Part shown: positions 8,922-18,082 of the stretch, in pieces
How positions within the stretch are numbered: the first letter of the stretch is position 1
Layout: every line of letters begins with the position of its first letter
Source of the DNA: a virus
Direction: 5' to 3' (one strand)
DNA: 48,321 nucleotides
Virus record (IMG/VR): IMGVR_UViG_3300025030_000039
Location: 380,878-429,198 of that record
Program-made: the position numbers and the translations under genes
The notes under the pieces: generated by a model
The model's input: only the letters and a program-made list of their open reading frames with translations
Told to the model about the DNA's origin: nothing
Databases searched by the model: none

Positions 8922-9729
8922 TATTTAATTTTAAGTTATAACTCCAAAAATAATTTTTGAATTTTTTATTTTTTCTAGCGACATATGAAATACTATTTCT
9001 TAAAAATCCAAGATTTTCATTTATTTCATTTGAAGAATTCCAAATTTTTAATAATTTCCAATTTAAATCATATTGATATATTTTTTTAATATATTTACTC
9101 ATAGCATTTTTAATATTATTTTTACCTTTTTCTGATCTAGGTTTACTCATATTTTGTATTCTTTCTTTTGTATGTAATTTATTTTTTAATGAATTAGAAA
9201 TATTTTTTTTTCTTTCTATTGAAAATATTTTATTTTTATTACCTTTTGATATTTTTTCTTTATGATCTTTTGATAATTTTTTACCGTACATTGGATTTTT
9301 TGATCCTTTTTTTAAATCAGATAATTTTTTTTTTAATTCTGGATTATTAGCATACATTATTTTTAATGATTCTGATTTTTTTCTACCTTCCTCTTTAGAT
9401 CCTTTCCTATACTTAAATGAATATGCTATAGGTAAAATATTAAATCCTTTATCTCTTTCATATGATTTATATAAATCTATATAATATTGTTCTCTCTCCT
9501 TTAATTGTTCTAAAAAAAATTCATCATAATATTCTAGTATTTCAATTTTAAAACATTCTTCTCCATATTTATTATAGCTTCTTTGTAATAATATTTGAGC
9601 TTTATTTTTTCTTAAAGCTTTAAAATGACCATTAATTCTTCTATTAATATCTTTACTTGAACCTATATAAATTTTATTATTAGCTTCACATATAATTTTA
9701 TATATGCCCGGTTTACTTTTATAATACAT
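8914..9729 (-). CDS. free-standing GIY-YIG homing endonuclease (Seg/I-TevI-like) with NUMOD3-type C-terminal DNA-binding repeats
   Basis: GIYKI...YIGSS...R..GH..AL N-terminal GIY-YIG motif; repeated G.K.S.E.K.KIS-like basic modules downstream; overlaps helicase gene by 8 nt. Confidence 0.65.
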   Translation of the reverse strand: MYYKSKPGIYKIICEANNKIYIGSSKDINRRINGHFKALRKNKAQILLQRSYNKYGEECFKIEILEYYDEFFLEQLKEREQYYIDLYKSYERDKGFNILPIAYSFKYRKGSKEEGRKKSESLKIMYANNPELKKKLSDLKKGSKNPMYGKKLSKDHKEKISKGNKNKIFSIERKKNISNSLKNKLHTKERIQNMSKPRSEKGKNNIKNAMSKYIKKIYQYDLNWKLLKIWNSSNEINENLGFLRNSISYVARKNKKFKNYFWSYNLKLNND

Positions 9730-9794
9730 TTGTTTTTATTTATATATCAAATATAATTATAGTAATTAGTTAATTCAATGGTTGATATGTCTAT

Positions 9795-10385
9795 TTAAAA
9801 TAGTCCCTTTTTATTTCCAAATTTTTTGAGCATTAACCAAATTATAAAAGCGTGACCCATACTTTTATCTTCATAATTTATAACGTCTTTAAAAGACATA
9901 GATTTTTTAATATGATTATATCCATCGAAATCTCTTAAATAAATATCTTTATCAGTTTCATTATATACATTTAAAAGTTGTTTAAATGCTTTAGATTTAA
10001 TTAAAGCGTTTGCATATAATGGAAGATATATTTTTTTTCTTGCATCAATATATCCTAATCTTTTATTATTCCACAATGCAAATAATGGTTTACGTCCTTT
10101 ACCCATTGGATATCTATAAGCTCTTATATCATTCCAACCTTTAATAGCCCATTCAAAATAAGTATTTTTGATATTATTATTTTCATCTATAAATTCATTA
10201 TATACTTTTGAAAACTGCCAAGCATTCTCGATATTTTTAGATACATAATTTTCATAAAGTTTAATTGGTCCTAAATAAAATGGACTTAATCCTTTAGTCC
10301 AATTCAATGATCTAGATGTAGTATTTATGTCTAAAGCATTTTCTGGAATTTCATCATCATATTTTGCTACAAATAAATTATTCAT
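9795..10385 (-). CDS. NADAR-like (YbiA/DUF1768-like) protein
   Basis: LSPFYLGPIKL...ENAWQFSKVY resembles the YbiA FSNF..WPIKV..SEHYFQAQKF core; later GKGRKPL...NKRLGY block; assignment from memory of family motifs. Confidence 0.4.
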   Translation of the reverse strand: MNNLFVAKYDDEIPENALDINTTSRSLNWTKGLSPFYLGPIKLYENYVSKNIENAWQFSKVYNEFIDENNNIKNTYFEWAIKGWNDIRAYRYPMGKGRKPLFALWNNKRLGYIDARKKIYLPLYANALIKSKAFKQLLNVYNETDKDIYLRDFDGYNHIKKSMSFKDVINYEDKSMGHAFIIWLMLKKFGNKKGLF

Positions 10386-10744
10386 TATTCTTTATTCTTT
10401 ATAAAAAAAAATTCTTCATCATTTTCATCTCTCATGCTATCTATTATACCTTTTTGTTTTAAAGTATATAAGTGCACGCATGAAAAAATTAATTGTAAAT
10501 CATTAACAGCAATTTTTTCATTTGTCCAAATAGTAATACAGTCTCCATTATTGATATAATTATCAAATACTTTTTGACCTATTATTGAAGTAATAGCAGC
10601 TTCATATACAATATCATTTGTATTAAGAGGTTCAATACAATTTTCATATGCATCATCTAATACCATATCTTTTATAACAGGTATTATACTCCTTAATACT
10701 TTTTGGACTTTTTTAGGATATATTGGTAAATCAAATTCATTCAT
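10385..10744 (-). CDS. hypothetical protein (119 aa)
   Basis: ORF only. Confidence 0.35.
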   Translation of the reverse strand: MNEFDLPIYPKKVQKVLRSIIPVIKDMVLDDAYENCIEPLNTNDIVYEAAITSIIGQKVFDNYINNGDCITIWTNEKIAVNDLQLIFSCVHLYTLKQKGIIDSMRDENDEEFFFIKNKE

Positions 10745-10746
10745 AT

Positions 10747-11973
10747 TTAATTATTTTTAGATTTTTCTCCTAAGTAACCGCCATGATGTCTTTTAGAATA
10801 ATCTTCTTTTGTAAAATTTATTTTTTTCATTAATTGAACAACTATAATATCTCCAATAACCATCATAGCGGTTGTTGAAGCAGTAGGTGTTAATCCTAAT
10901 GGACAAAGTTCTTCTTGTTCTCCCGTATAAAGTACAAAGTTAGCCAATTTAACTAATTCAGAATCTAAATTTCCAATTAATACAATAACTTTTAAATCAG
11001 AATAAAGATTATGTGCTAAATGAATAAATTCTATAACTTCTTTAGTTTTACCGGAATTAGAAATTAAAAATAAAACATCATTTTTTTGAATCATTCCCAT
11101 ATCACCATGCTGTGCTTCTGCTGCATGAATATATATAGCCGGAGTACCAGTTGAACTTAGTGTTGTTGCTATATTTAATCCAACTTGTCCAGCTTTTCCC
11201 ATTCCAGAAATGACTACCTTAGATCCTAATTCATGAATATGTTTATAAATTAAATTAATAACTTCTTCATAAGGATTATCTAATGGTATTTTTTTTATAG
11301 CATAAATTTCTTTATCTAATAAATCTTTTATTTCGTTATTTAAATTATTTTTAACTTTTATTCTTAATCTTTTTATATTTGTATTAACATCACCTAATTT
11401 AGCTATTGTAAATAAATTATTATAAGATAATAATAAATGAATACCTTTATAAATTTTATTTCCAGAATGTTTTCTATAAACAATAATATCATCATTTACT
11501 CTTTCATCTATTATAACATCGAATGAGGAAATTTTATAATCTATAATATCATTATCATATTTAACAATATTTAAATATTCTTTAAGATTATCATTAATAA
11601 AATTAAAAGTATTATTACTGATTACTATTATATTTCCAGGACCTATTCGAGATTCTATAGAAATAGAAGATCCAGCACTTATTATTTTTGATAAATATTT
11701 TTTTGCTAATAATTTTTTATCATTGATATCATCTAAAACTATATCAATATTTTTATCTTTTGTTAATGTTAATAATTCATTTATTAATGTATCTTTAACA
11801 TTAATTAAACTAAAATGTTTATCACATAAAAAGTTTGCTTCTATAATATCTAATTCTGGATATCCAGTTCTTATTATATTAGGTTCAGATTCATTAAAAT
11901 CAAAATATTTTATAATATTTTCATCATTTTTGACTCTAATTACAGATATAATTTGTTTTATTTTTTCTTCCAT
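10747..11973 (-). CDS. kdsD-like: arabinose-5-phosphate isomerase-like SIS-domain protein (KdsD/GutQ-type SIS in C-terminal half, no CBS pair; ~230-aa N-terminal region of unknown function)
   Basis: GMGKAGQVGLNIATTLSSTGTPAIYIHAAEAQHGDMGM...ISNSGKTKE...CPLGLTPTASTTAMMVIGD aligns closely with the E. coli KdsD SIS domain. Confidence 0.6.
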   Translation of the reverse strand: MEEKIKQIISVIRVKNDENIIKYFDFNESEPNIIRTGYPELDIIEANFLCDKHFSLINVKDTLINELLTLTKDKNIDIVLDDINDKKLLAKKYLSKIISAGSSISIESRIGPGNIIVISNNTFNFINDNLKEYLNIVKYDNDIIDYKISSFDVIIDERVNDDIIVYRKHSGNKIYKGIHLLLSYNNLFTIAKLGDVNTNIKRLRIKVKNNLNNEIKDLLDKEIYAIKKIPLDNPYEEVINLIYKHIHELGSKVVISGMGKAGQVGLNIATTLSSTGTPAIYIHAAEAQHGDMGMIQKNDVLFLISNSGKTKEVIEFIHLAHNLYSDLKVIVLIGNLDSELVKLANFVLYTGEQEELCPLGLTPTASTTAMMVIGDIIVVQLMKKINFTKEDYSKRHHGGYLGEKSKNN

Positions 11974-12680
11974 TTTATTAAAAGTTTATATAAATCTTCT
12001 TTAGTATCAATTCCTATATGATCAAAATGTGTTTCTACACCATAAATATTAAGTCCATTATCAAGCCATCTTAATTGTTCTAAACTTTCAGATTTTTCTA
12101 ATTCACTTTCAGATAATTGATTAATCTTAAACAATGCTTTATATGAAAACCCGTATATTCCTATATGTTTATATGGGTTATAATTATTTTGTTTTAAATT
12201 ATATGGTATTGGAGATCTACTAAAATATAAAATTCTTTTATTAGATGCTATAATTGCTTTAACTGTATTTTTATCTAAATATTCTTCTTTATCTTCTATC
12301 TTTTTATAAAGAGTTACAATATTTTTATTTTTTAACAGTTTACAAATATCATCTATACATGTTGGATTAATTTCGGGTTCATCTCCTTGTATATTTAAAT
12401 AATAATCATAATTATATTTTAAATATATTTCTATTAATCGTTCTGTTCCATTCTTATGATCTTTGTTTGTAAATTCTACATTACCATTAAATGATTTTAC
12501 TACATCATATATTCTTTGATCATCTGTTGCAACAATAACATTAGTTAATAATTTAGATTTTTTAACTTGTTCATAAACACATTGTATCATAGGTTTTCCA
12601 TTAATATCTATTAATGGTTTACCGGGTAATCTAGTAGAATTATAACGAGCTGGAATAACTCCTAAATATGTTTTATTCAT
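11958..12680 (-). CDS. kdsB: 3-deoxy-manno-octulosonate cytidylyltransferase (CMP-Kdo synthetase)
   Basis: IPARYNSTRLPGKPLIDINGKPMI, VIVATDD, GTERL, NIQGDEPEI match KdsB signature blocks. Confidence 0.7.
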   Translation of the reverse strand: MNKTYLGVIPARYNSTRLPGKPLIDINGKPMIQCVYEQVKKSKLLTNVIVATDDQRIYDVVKSFNGNVEFTNKDHKNGTERLIEIYLKYNYDYYLNIQGDEPEINPTCIDDICKLLKNKNIVTLYKKIEDKEEYLDKNTVKAIIASNKRILYFSRSPIPYNLKQNNYNPYKHIGIYGFSYKALFKINQLSESELEKSESLEQLRWLDNGLNIYGVETHFDHIGIDTKEDLYKLLIKWKKK

Positions 12681-12942
12681 ATTCTTTAAATGTGGGAGAA
12701 CACCCTAAATATATTGTATTTCTAATCATTTGCTTTTCATAATCTGCTAATCTTTTTTTATTAAAATTTGCTTCGATTATTTCATCACATCTTTTTTTAT
12801 CTATTGTATAATTTGTAAAGAAAAATTCTTGTTCTGTTTCTTTAGTTGCTACCATATTATCCCAATCTCCGACAGGATCTGTTTCTTTATAAAGATCTCT
12901 ATAAATATTTTCAATAATTATTAAAAGTTTTTTATCTCTCAT
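12673..12942 (-). CDS. hypothetical small protein (89 aa) between kdsB and kdsA
   Basis: ORF; not HAD-like, so not KdsC. Confidence 0.35.
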   Translation of the reverse strand: MRDKKLLIIIENIYRDLYKETDPVGDWDNMVATKETEQEFFFTNYTIDKKRCDEIIEANFNKKRLADYEKQMIRNTIYLGCSPTFKEYE

Positions 12943-13712
12943 TGTAATGCATTTTTAATACGTAAACATTTAACTAATATATCATATAGCTTATCTATAT
13001 GCAATATACTCGATGCATCCGATAAGCTCTCAGAAGGATTTGGATGTACTTCGAAAAATAATCCATCTACTCCTACTGCAGTAGCTGCTACTGCTAATGT
13101 TTCAATCATTTCAGGATTACCTCCTGTAGTATTTCCATTATTAGGTTTTTGAACAGAATGAGTACAATCCATAATTACTTTATCTGCATATCGTTTCATA
13201 ATTGGAATAGATGTCATATCCACAACTAAATCTTTATATCCAAATGAACTTCCTCTTTCTGTTAGCCATACTTCACCGGTTGAAACAGATTTAACTTTTT
13301 CTACAACATTTTTCATTGATTCAGGCGACATCCATTGTCCCTTTTTAACATTAACTATAGAATTAGTTTTACCTGCACTAATTAATAAATCAGTTTGTCT
13401 ACATAAAAATGCAGGTATTTGTAAATATGATACATATGAAGATGCTAATGCAACTTCTATAGTTTCATGCACATCTGTTATAACTGGAATATTATATTGT
13501 TCCTTAATGTTTTTAAGAATTTTTAATGCTTCTATATCTCCTATTCCTGTAAATGAATTTAGATCAGATCTATTTGCTTTTTTATAACTTGCTTTAAATA
13601 TTAAATCAACGTTTAAATCTTTAGTTATTTTTATTAATTTATTAACAATATAATATGTAATATCATTATTTTCTATAACACAAGGACCTGCTATTAAAAT
13701 TAAATTACTCAT
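12939..13712 (-). CDS. kdsA: 2-dehydro-3-deoxyphosphooctonate aldolase (Kdo-8-phosphate synthase)
   Basis: LIAGPCVIEN, QIPAFLCRQTDLL, KKGQWM, TERG, DCTHSVQ blocks characteristic of KdsA/DAHP-synthase family. Confidence 0.7.
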   Translation of the reverse strand: MSNLILIAGPCVIENNDITYYIVNKLIKITKDLNVDLIFKASYKKANRSDLNSFTGIGDIEALKILKNIKEQYNIPVITDVHETIEVALASSYVSYLQIPAFLCRQTDLLISAGKTNSIVNVKKGQWMSPESMKNVVEKVKSVSTGEVWLTERGSSFGYKDLVVDMTSIPIMKRYADKVIMDCTHSVQKPNNGNTTGGNPEMIETLAVAATAVGVDGLFFEVHPNPSESLSDASSILHIDKLYDILVKCLRIKNALQ

Positions 13713-14323
13713 ATCAATTTTTTAAATATTACTTCATTATTATTATATGACAATTTTTCATTTTGTTTATTAAATTTATGAACAAATCCACTTTCATTTA
13801 TAGTAGTATCTGTTATGATTTCGTATTTTGAAAATATATCAGAGTCACTAAATAAATAATTTGCATTATAAATAACTAAATATCCATTTATATTTAATAA
13901 TGAATCTAATTCATTAATCATGTCATTATACTTTTCAAACTCATAAATTCCTTTACTAGATAATACTTTTTCAGTTTCTGGCCATCTACATAAAACAGAC
14001 ATCGCAAAAATAATATCATATTTATGTTGTTTATGTTCATTTGTATCATACAAGAAAAAATTATTATCCTTATATTTATTTTTTGCTTTTTTTATTGCAT
14101 CAATATTAATATCAACACCATAAATATTTGAATTCTTAAAATACAATTCTTTTAATGTTTGTGTTTCTGCTCCTATTGAACATCCAAATGATAAAATTTT
14201 ATCAGCATCCTTTTTTAATTCTGATAATTTTAAAAAAATATTAGGATATCTATTATAATTTGTAACTATAGTACTTTGATGTAAATTATTCATATTAATT
14301 TTTATTTTTAAATGGACACACAT
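13709..14323 (-). CDS. class I SAM-dependent methyltransferase
   Basis: ILSFGCSIGAET (motif I), YGVDIN..AI (motif II), DIIFAMSVL (motif III). Confidence 0.5.
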   Translation of the reverse strand: MCVHLKIKINMNNLHQSTIVTNYNRYPNIFLKLSELKKDADKILSFGCSIGAETQTLKELYFKNSNIYGVDINIDAIKKAKNKYKDNNFFLYDTNEHKQHKYDIIFAMSVLCRWPETEKVLSSKGIYEFEKYNDMINELDSLLNINGYLVIYNANYLFSDSDIFSKYEIITDTTINESGFVHKFNKQNEKLSYNNNEVIFKKLI

Positions 14324-15080
14324 TATATAATTTATCTAAATCTATATCTAATTTATAGGGTTTATATAAATTAAATACACTAGATATACTAGATGAATTA
14401 TTAATTATTAATGGATTAGTATCATTTCTATTAACAGATCTAAAATAATCATTAAATTTAAATCCGGCACCTAACACAGCATCAGAAAATTTTATCCAAT
14501 AACTTGGAATTCCATAACTATCACCTGCTATTATTCCATGTAATGAACTAGATACTATCATTTTACATGATTTAATTTCATTAACAACTTTATTTATATC
14601 ATCTAAAATATTGATAATTTTTATATTAGATAAATCTTTAACATTATTTAACCATTCATTATTTTGATCTACGTAATGTGGAATAATTCCTAAATCATAT
14701 ATTTGTTCTACTTTAGGATTATAAAATATAGAATATAAAAGAGCAGGATCACCATATATTTCTGGGCATTTAATTCCTAATTGTATTAATCTATTTTTAG
14801 TTAAAGGTCCACGAACGGCATAAATATTTTTAGGAATAGATTTAACATTTCCATTTCTATTTATAAATCCAGATCCCCATATATTACAAGTTAAGTTAGC
14901 ATTATCCAAAATACTACCAATAACTAAAAATTTTTCATTATCATTATTAATCAAATTATATTCTACTTCTTTATTAGATATTAATTGTACAAGTAATGGA
15001 TTTAATGCATCACCCCAATTATTACCTTTAATAGATTTAAACCACCATAATGGTATTTTATTTATTATAATTTGCCCCAT
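14295..15080 (-). CDS. polysaccharide pyruvyl transferase (CsaB/WcaK family)
   Basis: N-terminal NWGDALNPLL and C-terminal SSSLHGIIAGDSYGIPS blocks typical of PS_pyruv_trans. Confidence 0.55.
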   Translation of the reverse strand: MGQIIINKIPLWWFKSIKGNNWGDALNPLLVQLISNKEVEYNLINNDNEKFLVIGSILDNANLTCNIWGSGFINRNGNVKSIPKNIYAVRGPLTKNRLIQLGIKCPEIYGDPALLYSIFYNPKVEQIYDLGIIPHYVDQNNEWLNNVKDLSNIKIINILDDINKVVNEIKSCKMIVSSSLHGIIAGDSYGIPSYWIKFSDAVLGAGFKFNDYFRSVNRNDTNPLIINNSSSISSVFNLYKPYKLDIDLDKLYNVCPFKNKN

Positions 15081-15880
15081 TCTTGTCCTATATTTCTAAT
15101 TATTGAGTGATCGGATGCTAATAAAACATCTTGTTTTTTTCTTTCAACTTGTAATTTTTCAACATTTTCTGCTACTCTATCTTCTTCAGTAAACTTATGT
15201 CTATAATATAAATGCATAGATAAAATATTATCGTCTTTTATAGATTTTGCTCCGCCTTTTGTGTTTAAATATTTAAAAAGTCTTCTATGGAAATCAGAAT
15301 CTTCATGTCCATATACTTTAAATCTTTCATCAAACCCTCCTATATTTAATACATTATCTTTGTGAGTTACTAACCATGGTGCAAATGGCATTGTCTGTTT
15401 TAAATTTTTAGTAGGGTTTGATTCTTCTAAAAAATAACCAGTTATAATTGGCATATTAGGTTCAACTGAAAATGCTGTTTTATTTCTAATTAACCACCAT
15501 TTTCCAGAAGTTAATACTATGTTTTTATTTTCAACATCTTTAAAATGTTCTAATGTTATACTTATAACATCTGAAAAATGAATTATATCACCATCACAAA
15601 AAGCTATTATATTTCCTTGAGCTTGTTTAATTCCAATATTTCTTGCATATCCTGGATTTCTAGAAATTATTTTTTCTTTACTTTTTATTACTTTTATATT
15701 AGAATATCTTTTTGTGATATCACTTAAATAATCATCGGTCCCATCTATCGATCCATCGTCAACAACAATAATTTCCCATTTATCTATAGGAGCTAATGTA
15801 AATAGCATTGATCTAACTGTTAAATCAACGTGCATTTTTCTATTATATGTTGGTATAATTATACTTAAAAAATCATTCAT
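15065..15880 (-). CDS. family 2 (GT-A) glycosyltransferase
   Basis: SIIIPTYN, IIVVDDGSIDGT, YARNIG, FCDGD (DxD). Confidence 0.65.
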   Translation of the reverse strand: MNDFLSIIIPTYNRKMHVDLTVRSMLFTLAPIDKWEIIVVDDGSIDGTDDYLSDITKRYSNIKVIKSKEKIISRNPGYARNIGIKQAQGNIIAFCDGDIIHFSDVISITLEHFKDVENKNIVLTSGKWWLIRNKTAFSVEPNMPIITGYFLEESNPTKNLKQTMPFAPWLVTHKDNVLNIGGFDERFKVYGHEDSDFHRRLFKYLNTKGGAKSIKDDNILSMHLYYRHKFTEEDRVAENVEKLQVERKKQDVLLASDHSIIRNIGQEWGKL

Positions 15881-15882
15881 AG

Positions 15883-16464
15883 TTAAAATTTATAGTTAAA
15901 TAATTTAATATCTTTTTCATATATTTCAGATACTAATTGTATACTTTCTTTATCATAATATACTTTATATGATTCGTATTCTTTAATACTTTTATTTATA
16001 TTTAAAAGATCTAAATTAAAAATATTTTTAAATTGATTATTTATATTTTCATGTTTATATACATTATTAATCATTAGTTTATTATCTTCATCATAAATAT
16101 ATTTATATTGATTTTTCCAACCTGGATGCCAAAATTTATCTGGATTATTTTTAAGTAATATTAAACACTCTTTAAATGTTAATCCTAATAATAAATCATA
16201 ATCTTTATGTTTAGTTTCATCTTCAGTTGAATGCCAATAACTTTTTTCCATTTTTGCATACTCATAGTTTGATACTACTCTATCCCAAGGATTTCTAACT
16301 ACTGCAAATTTAAAATAATTATTCCAATTATCAGGAAAAGTATCTTTATAATATTTCCAAGCTCTATGAAAAGATCTTTTCATATCTAAAATTTTAATAA
16401 TAGATGTACCTGCATTTTTAGGTATATGTATAAATATTGCTCTGTACTTATCTGATATTGGCAT
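15883..16464 (-). CDS. sulfotransferase (carbohydrate/HS2ST-like family)
   Basis: 5'-PSB-like IHIPKNAGTSI and 3'-PB-like VRNPWDRVVSNYEY. Confidence 0.55.
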   Translation of the reverse strand: MPISDKYRAIFIHIPKNAGTSIIKILDMKRSFHRAWKYYKDTFPDNWNNYFKFAVVRNPWDRVVSNYEYAKMEKSYWHSTEDETKHKDYDLLLGLTFKECLILLKNNPDKFWHPGWKNQYKYIYDEDNKLMINNVYKHENINNQFKNIFNLDLLNINKSIKEYESYKVYYDKESIQLVSEIYEKDIKLFNYKF

Positions 16465-17080
16465 AATTATTAATATTTATATTTTCATTAACTATTCCTA
16501 ATTTTGTTAACAAATATGATCTATCTTCTCTTTTCCAATATCCTATAAATTTTATACTTTTTCTCCTCATAAAAATCGTTTTAAACCCTGGAAATATTTC
16601 AAATATTTTATAAATATCATAACTTTGTAAATGATCTGGAGTTAATGGATTTTGATTATATGGAAATGAAAAATAAACATCATTTAAATTTTTCATCATA
16701 GTTTCTTTAAAATATATTAATGATTTATTATCTAAATGTTCTAGAACTTCTAATGCTATTAATAAATTACATTCTTTTAGAATTTCATTCGTTTGATCTA
16801 AATCTAATTTAATTAATGATAAATTTTTATATTTTCTAAAATATTCATTTCCATAATCTATAGCATCTTGAGCCATATCAAACCCTATAAATGTTAAATC
16901 AGGCCGTTTTGACGCTAAATATGCAGTTCCTACTCCTATTCCACATCCCATTTCTACTACTTTTCCTGATTTAGGTAAAAATCTTTCAGCAAGTTCATAT
17001 CTAAATTTAATATATGGAGCAATACTATCCCAATCAATTAATGTTGTTCTATATTGTCCATCTGGTACATTTTTATTCAT
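16448..17080 (-). CDS. class I SAM-dependent methyltransferase
   Basis: VVEMGCGIGVGT motif I; LIALEVLEHL. Confidence 0.55.
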   Translation of the reverse strand: MNKNVPDGQYRTTLIDWDSIAPYIKFRYELAERFLPKSGKVVEMGCGIGVGTAYLASKRPDLTFIGFDMAQDAIDYGNEYFRKYKNLSLIKLDLDQTNEILKECNLLIALEVLEHLDNKSLIYFKETMMKNLNDVYFSFPYNQNPLTPDHLQSYDIYKIFEIFPGFKTIFMRRKSIKFIGYWKREDRSYLLTKLGIVNENININNYANIR

Positions 17081-17083
17081 ATT

Positions 17084-18082
17084 TTATTCAAAGTATTTTA
17101 ATGTTTTAATAATATCAGGATTTCCTGAATTAAACTGTAAATTTAATAATGATGTTAAATATTTATTAATATTTGATTCATTAATTTTATAATTTAAAAA
17201 ATTTCTTTGTTCTTCTATATTTTCCGAAGTTACTTCATATGTAACTCCTTTGTTTGAAAAATAATTTATACCATAAGTCATAATAGGTTTATGAAATAAT
17301 AACATTTCATTAATAATAGTAGAATTAATTGCTATTATACCATTAGAATAATAACCCCATGATATACTATTTAAACTTTCTGTATATTGTGTATTTGTAT
17401 ATTTTTGACATTCTTTTAAAATGTTCTGTTTATTAATAATACTATCTTTTGGATGAGGTTTAATAATTATTAATTTATCTTGAAATAACATAACAATATG
17501 TTTAATAAAACTTTCCATATCTTTAAAATATGGAGAATATTTAACTATTTGTGTATCAGTTTTTATTTGTAATGGTATAAATAAATAATTATTTGCATCA
17601 GGTTTTTTTATGTCTTTAATATATTCATTTTGTTTTATACGTATTAAATTTAAATTTATATTTTCATCTATAATATTTTTTTCTACATGTTCTGAACCAC
17701 CATTAGTACCTTTTCTATCTATTACAAATATTCCTTTTTGTGGAAACCAACCGTGTTCACAATATATTATTTTTGTGAATTTTTTTAATTCATTTAAAAT
17801 AATAGGTTGATGTCCACGCTCTTCATCATCAAAATCTCCATTCCAAACAATTACATGCGTAGCATTTAATGATTTAATTTTTTGTATAACTTCAATATCA
17901 CTATTAAAAGAAAAAGAATTAGATTTCGTCATTAAATTATTATCGAAAAGCCGCGGAGGTTTAATATGATTTCTGCATATAAAATATTTTTGATATGGTA
18001 TGCCCCAATATAAATTTTTAATTAATCCTGGCAAACTATTATGCCATGATAAAAAAATTATGATTTTATTGTCTCTTTCCAT
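17084..18082 (-). CDS. KpsC/KpsS-family (Capsule_synth) glycosyltransferase, probable beta-Kdo transferase
   Basis: YLFIPLQIKTDTQI, LIIIKPHPKD and INSTIINEMLLFHKPIMTYGINYF match the conserved blocks of capsule polysaccharide biosynthesis proteins KpsC/KpsS. Confidence 0.55.
   Translation of the reverse strand: MERDNKIIIFLSWHNSLPGLIKNLYWGIPYQKYFICRNHIKPPRLFDNNLMTKSNSFSFNSDIEVIQKIKSLNATHVIVWNGDFDDEERGHQPIILNELKKFTKIIYCEHGWFPQKGIFVIDRKGTNGGSEHVEKNIIDENINLNLIRIKQNEYIKDIKKPDANNYLFIPLQIKTDTQIVKYSPYFKDMESFIKHIVMLFQDKLIIIKPHPKDSIINKQNILKECQKYTNTQYTESLNSISWGYYSNGIIAINSTIINEMLLFHKPIMTYGINYFSNKGVTYEVTSENIEEQRNFLNYKINESNINKYLTSLLNLQFNSGNPDIIKTLKYFE

Noticed and set aside
12673-12942. KdsC (Kdo-8-P phosphatase) to complete the pathway
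   Set aside because: 89 aa with no HAD motifs; no KdsC candidate identified in the island.
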